From assembly GCA_946965045.2 (NCBI GenBank), contig OX337229.1, forward strand, positions 2,232,001 to 2,296,000: 64,000 bases of DNA, in the 5' to 3' direction. The position numbers and the translations under genes are program-made. Shown here piece after piece: positions 62,870 through 64,000 of the stretch. Positions within the stretch are counted from its first letter, which is position 1; every line of letters starts with the position of its first letter. Source of the stretch: Epithemia pelagica. Lineage: Eukaryota > Protista > Bacillariophyta. A model generated the notes under the pieces. The model was not told where the DNA came from. It did no database searches and was given only the letters and a program-made list of their open reading frames with translations.

Positions 62870-64000
62870 ACTGTCACCACAGTCGACGAACGAAACATAA
62901 ACCTTTCAGCGCCACAAAAGGTCTGGAGCCAATGGCACATCCGGTTTGGACATGCACCCTTCCGCGTCGTCCAGTTTGTTCTCCGCTCTGGTGTATTGTC
63001 GAATGATGAGTCGTCGCGACGACTCCACACTGCCGTCTGCAAACTGACAACTCCTCCGTTGTGTGCTGCTTGTCTTTATGGAAAACAAAAGACCAGGCAC
63101 TCCCCAGGACAGAAAACCGTCAAAATACAAGACAAAGAAGGAGCCCTGAAAAAGAACCACCTTTTTCCCGGTCAACAAGTTTCAGCAGACCACTTCATCT
63201 GCTCGACAAAAGGACGCCTCTACACATCAAAAGGCAAAACCAAAGAAGAAGCAATGCTTAGCGGTGGATGCATTTTCGTAGACCACGCAAGTGGATACAT
63301 TGACGTATCCATGCAAACTCACCTTAACACCCACCAAACACTAAAAGCAAAAACAGAATACAAACAACGATGTCAGAACCAAGGAGTGATCATTCAACAA
63401 TATCACACAGACAATGGCACCGCCTTCACCTCGAAGAAATACACCGAGCACCTGCAAGCCTTTCAGCAAGTAACAAGCTTTGCCGGTGTAGGCGCACACC
63501 ACCACAATGGCGTGGCAGAGCGCAGCATCCAAACCATCATGTCCATGACAAGGACCATGATGTTACACGCCGCCACCCATTGGCCCGAAGTTGCAGACCC
63601 AACTCTTTGGCCCATGGCCGTCGACCATGCTGTTTTCATCTACAACCGACTCCCCAAGATTGAAACAGGAATTTCCCCCATCGACCTCTTCACCAAGACA
63701 AGATGGGAGCAACGCCGCTTCCACGATCTTCATGTCTGGGGTGCACCGGCATATGTTCTGAACAAAACAATACAATACGGTAAGAAATTACCACGATGGA
63801 AGCCAAGAAGTCAACGCTGCATGTTTGTTGGATTCTCCCAACAACATGCACTCACCGCTCCACTCGTACTTAACCTCGACACGGGCACAATCTCACCGCA
63901 ATACCACGTTGTCTTCGACGACTGGTTTGCAACAGTGGCAGCAACCAACAAAAACTCCCACTCACCACATGAAACAGTTGACCACATGAAACAGTTGACC
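62870..64000 (+). mobile_element. Copia integrase fragment, open to the window end (absent from the ORF track)
   Basis: WHIRFGH...CAACLYGKQ (HHCC), FPGQQVSADHF, YHTDNG, HHHNGVAERSI, PRWKPRS, ISPQYHVVFDDWF. Same group as the outer element. Confidence 0.9.

Noticed and set aside
1-64000. tRNA or rRNA genes and intact housekeeping genes
   Set aside because: None recognised. Most short ORFs in the track are antisense or off-frame shadows of TE sequence.

Overview
Eukaryotic, transposon-dense, heterochromatin-like DNA. The host is most likely a diatom or other stramenopile; this is inferred from CoDi-like Ty1/copia elements and a GIY-YIG Penelope element. All family calls come from motif recognition by eye; no database search was run. 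Main contents: (1) Two young nested copia elements. A + strand element at 37312-51051 (TSD CATTT) has its 3' LTR split by a - strand element at 43709-51015. (2) A 3'-truncated copia at about 22.6-29.2 kb and many older copia relics. (3) A 5'-truncated Penelope-like element at 57.7-59.7 kb. (4) A Mutator-like (MULE) transposase pseudogene at 16279-20182, plus two paralogous fragments. (5) A Tc1/mariner-type MITE and a 1.87-kb segmental duplication (1-1870 vs 32288-34156). The best candidate for an undescribed system is chromatin-modifier cargo among these elements. A TET/JBP-type 2OG-Fe(II) dioxygenase (15060-16182) sits tail-to-tail with the MULE transposase. A separate pair consists of a broken 2OG-Fe(II) oxygenase (1873-3363) and a DOT1-family methyltransferase (3746-4978). 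Many in-frame stops fit C-to-T changes such as CGA to TGA, consistent with 5mC deamination. Other oddities: chromodomain-like inserts in two copia Pol proteins, TTAGGG-like fillers at rearrangement junctions, frequent short tandem duplications, and a hammerhead-like motif in the Penelope element.
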